Positions 1 to 11,290 of a DNA stretch of 64,000 nucleotides are shown here, one piece after another (positions within the stretch are counted from its first letter, which is position 1; each line of letters opens with the position of its first letter). Under the pieces are notes generated by a model that worked only from the letters and a program-made list of their open reading frames with translations, did no database searches and was not told the DNA's origin. Position numbers and translations under genes: made by a program. Origin of the DNA: Eledone cirrhosa (lineage: Eukaryota); NCBI GenBank assembly GCA_964016885.1, contig OZ024741.1, positions 238,142,001 to 238,206,000 of the forward strand, given 5' to 3'.

Positions 1-532
1 GCAGTGTCCTGACATCAATCAACTGATGCAGGTAGTTTGTTCCATACTTCAGGAATTCTGAGCATGAAAAAATGTTTTCGAAAATCATAGGAGCTGTACT
101 GTTTTCTCATTCTGTAAGCATGTCCTCAGGTATTAGACATATAGAATTCAAAAAGGTGCTCAAGGTTGTTGGAAAGATGTTTAATAATCAACCAAGTCAG
201 TTGTCAGGCGTTGCATCTTTAATGAATCCATGCCCAGTTACGTAAGGTGTTCATAGTATGGTAGATGTGTGATGGAAGGTATTTGTTTAGTTGCACATCT
301 CTGAACAGTTTCCAGGACATCAATATTCTGAGCAAGATAGAGGTCCCAGACTAGTGATGCAAATTCTAAGTGTGGATGCACCATAGCTATATACAGCTTT
401 AAAAAGATAGCTGGAAAGTGGCTGATAACAGCCTTACTGAGTGATGCTAAAACACTCTTGGCCTTCTTGACAATTTTAGAGATGTGCTTTGTCTAACACA
501 AATCGCTGCAGACAATAATGCCCAGGTCACGT
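1..532 (-). mobile_element. Degenerate CR1/L2-group LINE ORF2 3' fragment
   Basis: Reverse complement aligns by eye with the better-preserved copy at 57231-58010 (RDLGIIV..., HLEFAS.VW, RKHFF.LR..E.WNKLP); multiple stops/indels. Confidence 0.85.
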
Positions 533-2307
533 AAAGATGTTGCAGAGATCTCGAGATACAGTACATCAACAACAGTTACAGATAAAACTACATGTGGTTA
601 TTGCATATGAAATAATCTCCCTATTTTTGTAGTAAATATTATATAGATTGGCAGTCAATTGAAGGAAAATATGAGTCAATAATTCCACTTGAATCTGGTT
701 TGTACTGAAAGATTAGATGGCCTGGTTGATAAAATACTAGAAAACCAGTTGAGCAATCATTAGTTCATACTATGTCACAAACACATCATGTCTCTACGGT
801 CAAGGTACTTTATTCTCTATAGACAGGTACACCTAACAATGTAGCTAGCACAGAAGATGTAACTCACCCCTATAGGTAGAGGTTGTATAGTGGAATTTAT
901 GAGTAATTTATTACCTTTCAACATCTCTTGTCCAGAAAGCTATGTTAGAGACTTAGCATCATATTGAGGCAAGGATTGTTTCTCATTCATGTAATCTTAA
1001 AGAAACTGGAGATAAGGACCAACACAATTGATACTTGTAATTATGAAAAGGTTTAGCTGGATGGTTGGTAACCTCTCATTAAATTAACTATGTAAATGTG
1101 TAGGGAAAACTGAGGTTAGACAAAATAAAAACAAAAGACGTTTGATGTTGAAGCTGATCAATATGCATTAGTAGAGCTATGTTTGTGATGGGAAGTCATT
1201 ATAGGGAATAATGATAATTACAGAATAAAACAATTCTTTAGAATGACAGTAAACGACAGAAAATATTGTTTGAATGAAATTTAATTAAAGGTGTTTGAGC
1301 TTACAAAACTAAAGATTCGAGACATCACAACCTAGATAGAGGATATTTTATAGAATTATTTAACCAATATCTTCATGTAATATTTTATATTAAACTTAAC
1401 TAACATACAGAGGCATTAATAACAGTGGCACAATAGTTTACAAATTATATGGAAATATTTTACAATGTTATATTTTCTAGAAACAAAATATGTTGAAAAT
1501 AAAATATTTCAGTGAATGTTGATGAAAAATAATATCTATCAATATACCTCAAAAAATATTTAGATATTTCAATCAAATTAATTGTAATAAAAATAATTTT
1601 GATGACAATATCATCAGTTTATATCTCACAGTAAACATAGTAAGACATCAAGATTAAATTCTATTTATGAACATTTTAATAATAAACATTCTGAATATAT
1701 TATTTACATAGAAATATAAAATGGATATTTAACAAGATATATATATATATAGGGATACAAATAATCTCGTAGACTTCATTAAAGCCATAGAAAGATTAAG
1801 ATTTAAATATTCAATTATTATGGTAACACAGATATAAACTATAATGGCATAAATTATTCACAAACTGTCTTACTGTCTATCAATAAATATATATCCAACA
1901 GTTAAATAAATATAGACAATTTGAACTATGTTACAGCAATATTGTATATAAAATATATAGATGTAATATATATAGCTTAATAATATCATGTTTGATTCTA
2001 ATATTCAAATATGCAATCTATTTAGTGGTAATTATATGACAACTACTGCTGTTGTTGTTTTTAATGGTGGAAAAGATGGCTAGATCTATCTTGTCTCTAG
2101 TTCTGGCAGGGAATACAGATGTTAAATGTTTATAATGATGATGATGATATGTATAGAGAGAGGTGGATAGATAGATATACAAGATGGTAGACATTTTAGC
2201 TATTATCCTTACTCTGTGATTCACTATAGATACATATAATATATTTGCTTTAATGACTATGAAAAGGAAAGAAAAAGACATAGAGAGAGGAAGAGAGAGA
2301 GTCTTAC

Positions 2308-2600
2308 CTTCATTGTTTAATCCTTTACTGTAGTTGTGTATTATGGATGTTGTGTATCCTGCTGTAGTGTTCCAGTGTGACTGCTGCTACTGTGTTCAAG
2401 CATTACTGCTGCTGCTGTGGTGTTCCAGTGTAACAGCTGCTTCTGTAGAAGTGTAACTGCTGATGTGACAGTGGTTGTATGTAGTGGGAGGAGAGTTGTT
2501 AGCCAGATGGTGTTGGGGTGGTAGTTACAACATGATGTCTTCCACACACACAATAGTTTGTATGATGAACAAAGAAAAAAAACCTATCAGCCTCACTTTG
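2308..2600 (-). other. Leader (5'UTR) exon L0 of a protocadherin gene lying beyond the left edge
   Basis: Paralogous to L1-L7; ends ACAATGAAG|GTAAGA (donor GT at 2307-2306); 5' end approximate. Confidence 0.7.
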
Positions 2601-2655
2601 AGTATTGAAAGAAATATATAAAATCTCTCTCATCCAATAGGAAATTACTGTAATG
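2585..2655 (-). promoter_or_regulatory. Conserved promoter P0 (CCAAT box 2634-2638 plus TATA-like element)
   Basis: AAATCTCTCTCATCCAATAGGAAATTACTG, near-invariant in all 8 units, upstream of the leader exon. Confidence 0.65.
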
Positions 2656-3350
2656 TTATCAGTGTTACACAAACACATGAAATAATAGAATTCACATGTA
2701 AAAGAAGCTACTTCATAGTTTATATAAAACAGCTCAACATGAGATGTTTAGTGTTAATAATGAAAGAAATTTCATTATTGATTTGCTATTAAATATTTTA
2801 AAATTATAAAACTATTATAATTCTTTACATTTTATCTATTATTACTTATTTTGAATTTACGTAACAAACTTAATATTTTACAAGAATTATGTTAGAATAT
2901 CATAATTCTGAGTAAGTATGTTTAAGATTTATCCCTCCTGATATAAATATTGGATATATAAAAGAAAATTATTAATAAAATACTTAGTCATTAATTATGC
3001 CAATGTAATTATTTCTAATTTATGTTTAAATAATTAGGTCTTTTCCATAACTAACTTTCTAAACATTGTAATATACGAGAACTGAGTGGTATCAATAAAG
3101 TAAGGATATTAACCCTAAAATAGGAAGTAAATAAAAAGAATTAATAAAGAAATATATTTTGACCTATGGTAATATAAGAGTACTTATATTATTTATGTAT
3201 TAAAACATAAAATTAGGGAATATAAAGGTTGACATTGGTAATCCCTTATAAGTGAAGCATAGAGTTGATATATAGACATCAATATAAAGTATTCTATAAC
3301 ATTTGGTGTGTGAGAGAGAGAATCATTTAACAATAGTGATGGGACATCTA

Positions 3351-3430
3351 CTACGTTGGCTGTAGATAGGTATCTTGTACTTGTTGTCCCTTTTGTATTG
3401 TGGCTGGAACTGGATTGTCATTGGTATATT
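3351..3430 (-). CDS. Protocadherin G1 last coding exon ((E)YTNDNPVPATIQKGQQVQDTYLQPT*)
   Basis: TTTTCTAG acceptor, phase 1 matches the upstream exon, ends TAG TAG; 80 nt in all 8 paralogs. Confidence 0.85.
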
Positions 3431-3589
3431 CTAGAAAAAATATAATATAGAAACAGAAATTATATTTCAATATAACAACTCTGTAAAGATATAAACATTG
3501 ATGTTATATTACACTAAATATAACATTAAATATTGTGTTACAGTAATAAAGAGAATTACATTAATATGTTATGTTTAGATAAAAGTTAC

Positions 3590-3737
3590 CTGGTTGTGCA
3601 GATATCTCTTCATATGGTTTAGTTTTGCCAATACTCTTGTAACCTTCTCTGCTTTTTTGTGATGTTAAGGTGTCACTGTTGTAGTTAGACATGCTGAGAC
3701 TGGTGTGACCTTCATGACTATGGATTGAATCACATCT
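3590..3737 (-). CDS. Protocadherin G1 148-nt cytoplasmic exon (RCDSIHSHEG...KPYEEISAQP)
   Basis: CCACAG acceptor, CAG|GTAACT donor, phase 0 in and phase 1 out; conserved in all paralogs. Confidence 0.85.
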
Positions 3738-3963
3738 CTGTGGATTATAAAAGTCAGTAGAGTGAATCACAATATTCAATAGAAAAAGGTTTATATTTAT
3801 TATATAAAATATTTCATGTACAACATAAAAGAGAAATTTTATAATAAATATTATTTATTAAATTCTACAAGTGGAGAGATGCTATACTGAAAAATCAGAG
3901 AACAGCAGATGTAAAATGATAATGGTCAGAACAATAACAGAAATATTTAAAAATAATATTTAC

Positions 3964-6366
3964 CTGTGGAACTGGTGGAAGTCTCCTTTGTGTTGTTGAG
4001 AATTTCCACTCATCTGGTAGCTGCTCCATCTCTGGATAAAACTGACTTTTAGATTTTATTGTCTGAAGATTTCTGTTAAATATCTCTTCTGCATTTCTAG
4101 TTATTGCAACAGGATTGTTAGTCTGATACAATAATTGTCTCATCTCAGTCTGAGACAGAAAGTTTGGATTATCTGCTGTCGTAGGTGAGTTATTGGTGTG
4201 ATTAATACATCTGAAAACACACAGTGTTATTGACACTACAATAGCCACAGATATTATTACAGCTGCTGCTACAATGATAATTACCCAAGTCATATTGAGG
4301 TTGTTACCAGACTGTAGGTGGACAGCATTCAACATTGGAGATGTATCATTACTAACAAACAATGTTAGTATGATAACAGTTGTTGCTGATTGAACTGGAG
4401 TACCACCATCTTTCACTATAAACTGTAGGTCATATGTTCCTGCATCATTTTGGTAAACTGTCCGAGAGAAAGATAAGACACCAGTGTGGGAGTTGACTGT
4501 AAACAGGTTTTTATCATTAGATCTCAGTATTCCATATGTGAGGAAAGCATTGTTTCCAGTGTCTTTGTCAGAGGCTTTCAGAATTGTGATGTCTTTCTTA
4601 CTGTGTGGATGGTAGTGGGCATCTAGATTGTAAGGGTCATTAATAGGAAAGGTAAAATAGGGAGCATTATCATTTTTATCTAGAATCTCAATAACAATAT
4701 TGGCAGTGTCATTCAGAGAAGGTGTTCCATTATCTTTGACTAAAACCTGGAATTTATAGATGTCTTTCACTTCCCGATCTATTGATTGTGATGTAGAAAT
4801 AAATCCATATTTTGTAAGTTGGAAAGGAATGTTATCATTGTTGTTATCATTGATGATAGAATATGTAAGCTGACCCCCATCATCAAGATCAGGGTCTGTA
4901 GCATTGATGAAGCCAATAGGGAAGTCAACTTTCTGGTTTTCATAGGTGAGGAATTGGAATGTATCTTTGGTAAAATGTGGCTGTACATCATTGACATCAG
5001 TTACTTTCACTGAGAAATATTTCTTAGTTTCTAGTTTAGGTGATCCCATGTCATGACATACAATAGATACTTTATAGTGGTCCTTTATTTCTCTATCAAG
5101 ATGGCCTTTAATAATCATCTTATATTCTTTAGAATCTATTTTGGTAAGTTTAAATTTATCATGTTCTAAATCACAGCTAACCTCACCATTAGGTCCAACA
5201 TCAGTGTCAGTGACCATAACATAAGCTATAAAACTACCAACTTTACTTGCTTCTGAAACTCCTGTGGAACTTTCTGTTAAAGGTGATACAAAATCTATAT
5301 TTATCACTGGAGCATTATTCTGGTCATTAATTATGTGAATTTGAACTGTGGTTACAGAACTAAGTTGAGGATTCCCTCCATCTCTGGCTTCAATAAATAA
5401 TTTATAAGATTGCATCTTACTAAAGTGAAAATTATCATGTAAAAATATCTCTCCAGTTTTCTTAATCAATACAAAATATTTCAGTGCATTTCGAGATGTT
5501 TTATGGTTGAAATGATAAGAAATCTTTCCATTGTGTCCAGAATCTAGATCTGTGGCTTTTAATGTAAGAATTGGTAAATGCCTTTGATGTGAATTATTTA
5601 TAGATATGTTGTAGACTTTCTGTGAAAATACAGGTGTGTTATCATTAACATCTGTCACAGCTATGTGTACCTTGAGGGTAGCTGTTTGGGGAGGGTTACC
5701 TCTATCTTTAGCTTCAAGTGTCAACATATATGAGTTTTTAACTTCCCTGTCTAATTTCTCTTCTAAAGTTAATTCGGGTATGAAAATGCCATCATGTCGC
5801 CTTGTGATGGAGAGAGAAAATGGTTCTCTCTTACTTTTTCTAATCATGTATGTAATTTGGGAATTCTTTATTGATATATCTTGATCAATGGCATTTGGAA
5901 GAGAGAATTTATCTCCTTTTCTAGCTACCTCAAAAAATTCAATTTTAACTTCATTCTTGGGAAATTCTGGTGGATGGTCATTGATGTCTTCTATAATTAT
6001 TTTTATCTTCAATATCTTCATAAATGTTTCTGCTTTCCTCACTGCTACTTTAACAATTCTGGAACATTCCTTGTTATATGTACACAGTAACTCAGCATCC
6101 AGTGTCTGTGTAGTGTATAGTTTTCCTGTGTTGGTGACATTAAATAAGTGAGAACCACTTGACACTGTCCTTTGTAGTTGTGTAAATGTAATGAGAGTGT
6201 GTTGATGTGTGAGTGAGTGTGTTAAGTTAGAATCAACAGCAATGTCTCCTATATAGGTGTGAGGACTGTCTTCTTCATTGACATGGTATGTAATGTCTAT
6301 AGACAGTACAAGGTTGTACAAGTACAGTAAATGTAGTAGACAGAGTAGACCAATATATGTTGTCAT
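3964..6366 (-). CDS. Protocadherin G1 large exon: signal peptide, 6 cadherin repeats, TM, proximal tail
   Basis: Cadherin motifs (DINDH, LDRE, DVNDNTPVF, ATDLD), EC1 C-X5-C loop LCTYNKEC, hydrophobic TM WVIIIVAAAVIISVAIVVSITL; donor CAG|GTAAAT at 3963; exon acceptor at 6404, 38 nt upstream of the ATG. Confidence 0.95.
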
Positions 6367-6794
6367 GTCTGGAATTCTTCATCACACTTTAGCTGTAGAA
6401 AATTCTACAAAAGATATCAGACATATATACAGACGAAGGAAAATTAAATAAAACAGCTGATAACTATAATAATAATTATGTAAATTCTACTCCTACTTCT
6501 TTTATACCTTCATGAGAACCAACTAAATTTAGAATATATCATTTGACAAGCTAGAATATAATATAGAGGTAGAGTTATTTCGCTGGAAGAAATATTACAT
6601 TGTCAATGATATGAGATAATGTGCTTATTTTAACCCTTTAGAAAATGTATTAAAAAACCCCAAGTAAGATCCAATATTAATTCAGTTAAATCATCATCTG
6701 AGCTGTAAATTTAATTTTTTCTTTCAATTACTTATATGAAAACTTTTAGTCGATCACAAGAACCATATTTTGAATGTTCTATTTTAAATTTTTG

Positions 6795-6910
6795 TGAAGG
6801 GTTGTGGTTAGAGAATTGGATTCACTTATTGTACGGTTGCAAGCTGTATTCCTGAATCAAGGGAATTGTTATGTCTTTGAGCAAGACACTTTATTTTTAT
6901 GTTGCTCTTT
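6795..6910 (+). mobile_element. Degenerate tRNA-derived SINE fragment
   Basis: TGGTTAGAG A-box remnant and TTGAGCAAGACACTTTATTT core shared with 8822-8983 and 18176-18320. Confidence 0.5.
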
Positions 6911-7584
6911 CTACAAGGAGTTGTGACTGGTATATAGTATCAGTAATGGAAAGAAACATTGTTTTCTAAGTCTGTTTTGAAGAATTCCACGCCACACAAT
7001 AAGCAAATGAGGTCTGGAATCTTGTTCATATATCGACTTTAAATTTACCATTGACAGGAAAGAAACAGTTGTAACTTTTCAAGTTACAATGAGGTATTTT
7101 TAGACGGAAATATTTAGCATTTATTTGTAACAGATTAATTAAATAATACACCAAATGTCTAGAATACAATTCAAATGATACAATATATATCGCTAAGTAT
7201 TGAATATAAAAATCTAATCAAAGTTTTCAGGTAAGTTATGTTTCTTAGAAAGCTAATAAAACCAGCTTCAAATACACATTGTCTAATATAGTCAGAGTAC
7301 CACAAGATTTTGAAGAGGAGTATTGTGCATTCAATCCACAGAACCTGACTGTTAATTGCTTAAGTTAATTAGAACACCTCTGTGTGGTTGCTACTTTGTT
7401 AATAACAAAAGTTAAATATCACTCAGATCAAACCATAGAATCTTGAAAATAAAAGATACACAAGTTGTATATTTGCTATACCTAAGAAAAAGTTGGGATG
7501 GTCATGATTAAAAGGTTTTGTCAATATATCTGCTCAATTAAGCCTGTTTGTTGTTATTTAAAGACATCATTCTTTAGTCACTGG

Positions 7585-7745
7585 GCACTGTATTGGAAGA
7601 ATCGGTAGAGTGTCTGACAGCATACTTTGTGGCATATAGTTACACAACCCTTAACGTTCTGAGTTCCAATTTGTATTTTATGCTTACGGGTTTGATAAAA
7701 TAAAGTACCAGTAATGCACTGGGATTGATTCAATCGTCTTGCCCC
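7585..7745 (+). mobile_element. tRNA-derived SINE (GATAAAATAAAGTACCAG family), diverged
   Basis: Similar to 9986-10163 (ATCGGTAGAG, CTGAGTTC, GATAAAATAAAGTACCAGTAATGCACTGGG). Confidence 0.65.
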
Positions 7746-8130
7746 TTCTCTGTTACTAATGAAGATGAAGTAGTTAATGTTAAGCCTGGGTTTGATTCCC
7801 CCAGTGTGTACTCTAGCCAACAAGAGTACTATCTACAGTTTCTTTATCTGCTAGAAACAGCAGCTACGTTTCTCTTATATCACAGCCTACCATATATTCT
7901 AAGAACATACATATTAAAATAAATGATCATGACTGGAATGTGTTTAACCTGGGCTTAAAAAAGACTGCAGCTCTGAGTAGGAGATCTAGAGAAAAGTGTT
8001 TAGTGTGGGGTTGTGCTGGGGTAAGAAACTGTAATGATGAGAACTTTAGGAGGGGATAATGCTCTAAGTAAAGATGGTAAAGAGTATGGTAATCCAAAGA
8101 AAATAAAACCATTACGGTAATAATAATAAT

Positions 8131-8322
8131 AATTGTTTCTACTTTTGGCACAAGACCAGCAATTACACAGTGTATTACTGGTACTTTATTTTATCGACAC
8201 TGTAAGGATGAAAGGCAAAGTTAACCTCGATGAGATTTGAACTCAGACCATAAAGGGCTGTAACTCTTTGCTGCAAAGCATGGCGTCCGACCTTCTACCG
8301 ATACTGCCAATCCACCGCCCTC
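8131..8322 (-). mobile_element. tRNA-derived SINE, full length
   Basis: Reverse complement of 9986-10163; flanked by (AAT)n runs. Confidence 0.8.
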
Positions 8323-8821
8323 ATAATAATAATAATAATAATGATTTCTTATATGGGCAGAAGGCAAATGAAACCATTACAGTAGTAGTAACATGTCTGC
8401 CTGTATGGTATGTCTGTAAGACTGAGTAGTACTCCAATGTAGGATGCACTTAAGGTTTATATAGTTCCTTTTAAAGTAATATTTGGAATATAATTTTGGT
8501 AAGACTATATGCAGTTGGAGAGAGAGAGATGGCGTTGTTCATATCTTGATAGAATGAGGTACAGACATGTTTTCTTGAAAAGTGTAGAGATTGTATCTTT
8601 GTATTGTAAAACAAGACAAGTGTCTGTTTTCCTCACTGTAGCATGTGTTGGAGATTTCTAAGTTGTATGTGACCTGCTTATCTAACAACTTAAGAAAGTG
8701 TAAATATGCCGTACAGATCTCCAGATACAGTACACCAAGAACAGTTAGAGATAAAATTACATGTGGTTATTGCATATGTATTTTTGCAGTAAATATTACA
8801 CACATTAGCAGTTAATGACAG

Positions 8822-8983
8822 GGACACCCGTCCTATCATCTCATTTCTACAGCTGAGTAAACTGGAGCAATGTGAAATAAAGTGTCTTGCTCAAGGAAAC
8901 AACACATCAGCCGGTCTGAGAATTGAACTCACAACCTTTCGATTGCAAGGCCAATGCTCTAACCACTAAGCCATGTGCCTCCA
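8822..8983 (-). mobile_element. tRNA-derived SINE head and core (second family)
   Basis: Minus strand reads GGAGGCACATGGCTTAGTGGTTAGAGCATTGG...GAGTTCAATTCTC...CCTTGAGCAAGACACTT (A and B boxes). Confidence 0.8.
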
Positions 8984-9119
8984 TATATATACTATAAATA
9001 TATTATGTATACATAATATATATATATAATGTGTGTGTATTGAACAATGAAAATGGAGCAAAAGTCAAAGATAGGTTCTTGGTTGGTTCATTGTTTTACA
9101 GTCGTTTCAGAGGGTTGAT

Positions 9120-9612
9120 TAATCATGGCAGGCATCTACCATACTCTGAACGCCTTGCTTCCCTGGGCATGGATACATTGAAGCTCCGACGCCTGGCAAT
9201 TGACTTGGTAAACACCCACAAAATTGTTAACCATCTTGCCAACAACAACCCTGAGTACCTTTTTGATTTCCATGTGTCTAACACACGTGGGCATGCCCAC
9301 AAAGTCAGAAAACAGCACAGCTCCCATGACTTTCGGAAACATTTTTTCACGCTCAGAGTTGCTGAAGCATGGAACAAGCTACATGCATCAGTTGTTAGCT
9401 GTCGAGACACTGCATCCTTTAAGGCCTCCATGCTTCCCAAGATTCGCCAACACTACACCTAATGTTCCCCCTCCATACACATACACACATCTATATCATG
9501 ACTCATACACTATTCACTTCCCTGACATTTGTGTATTATTCTATGTACTATACATGCACCTTTGACGAGTTGTAGTGCACCTGAGCACTTTACACAATAA
9601 TTTCATTATTAT
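9120..9612 (+). mobile_element. CR1/L2-group LINE 3' end (ORF2 C-terminus, 3'UTR and ATT tail)
   Basis: Translates LPYSERLASLGMDTLKLRRL...TRGHAHKVRKQ...RKHFFTLRVAEAWNKL; near copy at 57231-58010. Confidence 0.9.
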
Positions 9613-9985
9613 ATATAGAATATGAGCCAATAATTCCACTTGGCTCTGGTTTGTACAGAAAGATTAGATGGCCTGGTTGATAAAATACTAGAAAACCAGT
9701 TGAGCAATCATTAGTTCATACTATGTCACAAACACATCATGTCTCTATGATCAAAGCACACTTCATTCCCTATAGACAGGTACACCTAACAATGTAGCTA
9801 GCACAGGAGATGTAACTCACCCCTATAGGTAGAGGTTGTATCGTGGTATTTATGAGTAATTTATTACCTTTCAACGTCTCTTGCCAAGAGAGCTATGTAA
9901 TCTTAAAGAAACTGGAGATAAGGACCAACACAATGGATACTTGCTATTACAAAAAGGTTTAGCTCTCATTAAATTAACTATGTAA

Positions 9986-10163
9986 GGTGGTGGCTTGGCA
10001 GTATCGGTAGAGGGTCGGACGCCATGCTTTCCAGCATAGTTACGTCCCCTTGCGGTCTGAGTTCAAATCCCACCGAGGTTAACTTTGCCTTTCATCCTTA
10101 CGATAAAATAAAGTACCAGTAATGCACTGGGTAATTGATGGCCTTGTGCCAAAAGTAGAAACA
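9986..10163 (+). mobile_element. tRNA-derived SINE with 18-bp target-site duplication
   Basis: A box TGGCAGTATCGG, B box GAGTTCAAATCC; ATTAAATTAACTATGTAA at 9968-9985 and 10164-10181; empty paralogous site near 1078-1095. Confidence 0.9.
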
Positions 10164-11290
10164 ATTAAATTAACTATGTAAATGTGTAGGGAAAACTGAG
10201 CTTAGACAAAATAAAAAAAAAAGACGTTTGATGTTGAAGCTGATCAATATTCATTTAATAGAGCTATATTTGTGATGGGAAGTTATAGGGAATAATGATA
10301 ATTACAGAATAAAACAATTCTTTAGAATGACAGTAAATCACAGTAAACCAATTATATTGTGTTCTAATGAAATTTAATTAAAGGTGTTTGGGCTTACAAA
10401 ACTAAAGATTGACAGCCTAGATAGAGGATATTTTATAGAATTATTCAACTAATATCTTCATGTAATACTTTATATTAAACTCAACTAACATACAGAGGCA
10501 TTAATAACAGTGGCACAATAGTTTACAAATTATGTGGAAATATTTTACAATGTTATATTTTCTAGAGACAAAAAATTTTGAAAATAAAATTAATTGTAAT
10601 AAAAATAATTTTGATGACAATATCATCATCAATTTATATCTAACAATAAACATAGTAAGATACCAAGATTAAATTCTATTTATCAACATTTAATAAAAAA
10701 CCTTCTGAATATCTTATTTACATAGAAATATAAAATGGATATTTAACAAGATATAGGGATAGTAATAATCTTGTAGACTTCATTAAAGCCATAGCAAGAT
10801 AAAGATTTAAATATTCAATTATTACGGCAACACAGATATAAATTATAATGGCATAGATTATTCATAAACAGTTATATAGTCTATCAATAAATATATATCC
10901 AACAGTTGAATAAATATATAGATGTAATATATATATCTTAATAATATCGTGTTTGATTCTAATATTCAAATATGTAGTCTATTTAGTGGTAATTATATGA
11001 CAACTACTGCTGTTGTTTTTAATGGTGGAAAAGATAGCTAGATCCCTCTTGTCTCCAGTTCCTACAGTGCATACAGATATTAAATGTTTATGATGATGAT
11101 GAAGATATGTATCGAGAGAGAGATGGATAGATAGATAGATATACAAGATGGTAGACATTTTAGCTATTATGCTTACTCTGTAATTCAGTATAATACATTT
11201 ATATTTATATTATAAATATATTTGCTGTAATGACTATGAAAAGGAAAGAAAAATACATAGAGAGAGGAAGAGAAAGAGAGGGAGTCTTAC

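Noticed and set aside
1-2300. Possible shared constant exons at the downstream end of the array
   Set aside because: This region is paralogous to other first introns and contains LINE debris; no coding exon seen. Sequence beyond the window cannot be assessed.
2341-2553. ORF MCVWKTSCC... and the idea that this exon is a further 3' coding exon of the upstream gene
   Set aside because: The preceding exon already ends in TAG TAG, I see no good acceptor, the frame is not conserved between units, and a CCAAT/TATA motif sits upstream. It is better read as the next gene's leader exon.
3108-3120. TAACCCTAAAA telomere-like motif in the conserved 3'UTR
   Set aside because: A single short match inside a block that is conserved as a whole; no independent support.
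3895-3963. ORF-track C-terminal extensions after ...PPVPQ (VNIIFKYF..., VNICLQHF etc.)
   Set aside because: Read-through into the intron: a conserved CAG|GT donor follows PQ in all copies and the extensions are not conserved.
4779-5013. Recurrent 61-72 aa ORFs (MSMMYSHILP..., MERNVIIVV..., MSFTSRSID...) inside every large exon
   Set aside because: Alternative-frame or antisense shadows of near-identical protocadherin DNA; recurrence follows from nucleotide identity.
9986-10080. tRNA-like A/B-box sequences (also 8900-8983, 18176-18230, 60690-60766)
   Set aside because: These are SINE heads with core, tail and TSD, not tRNA genes; I see no complete cloverleaf.
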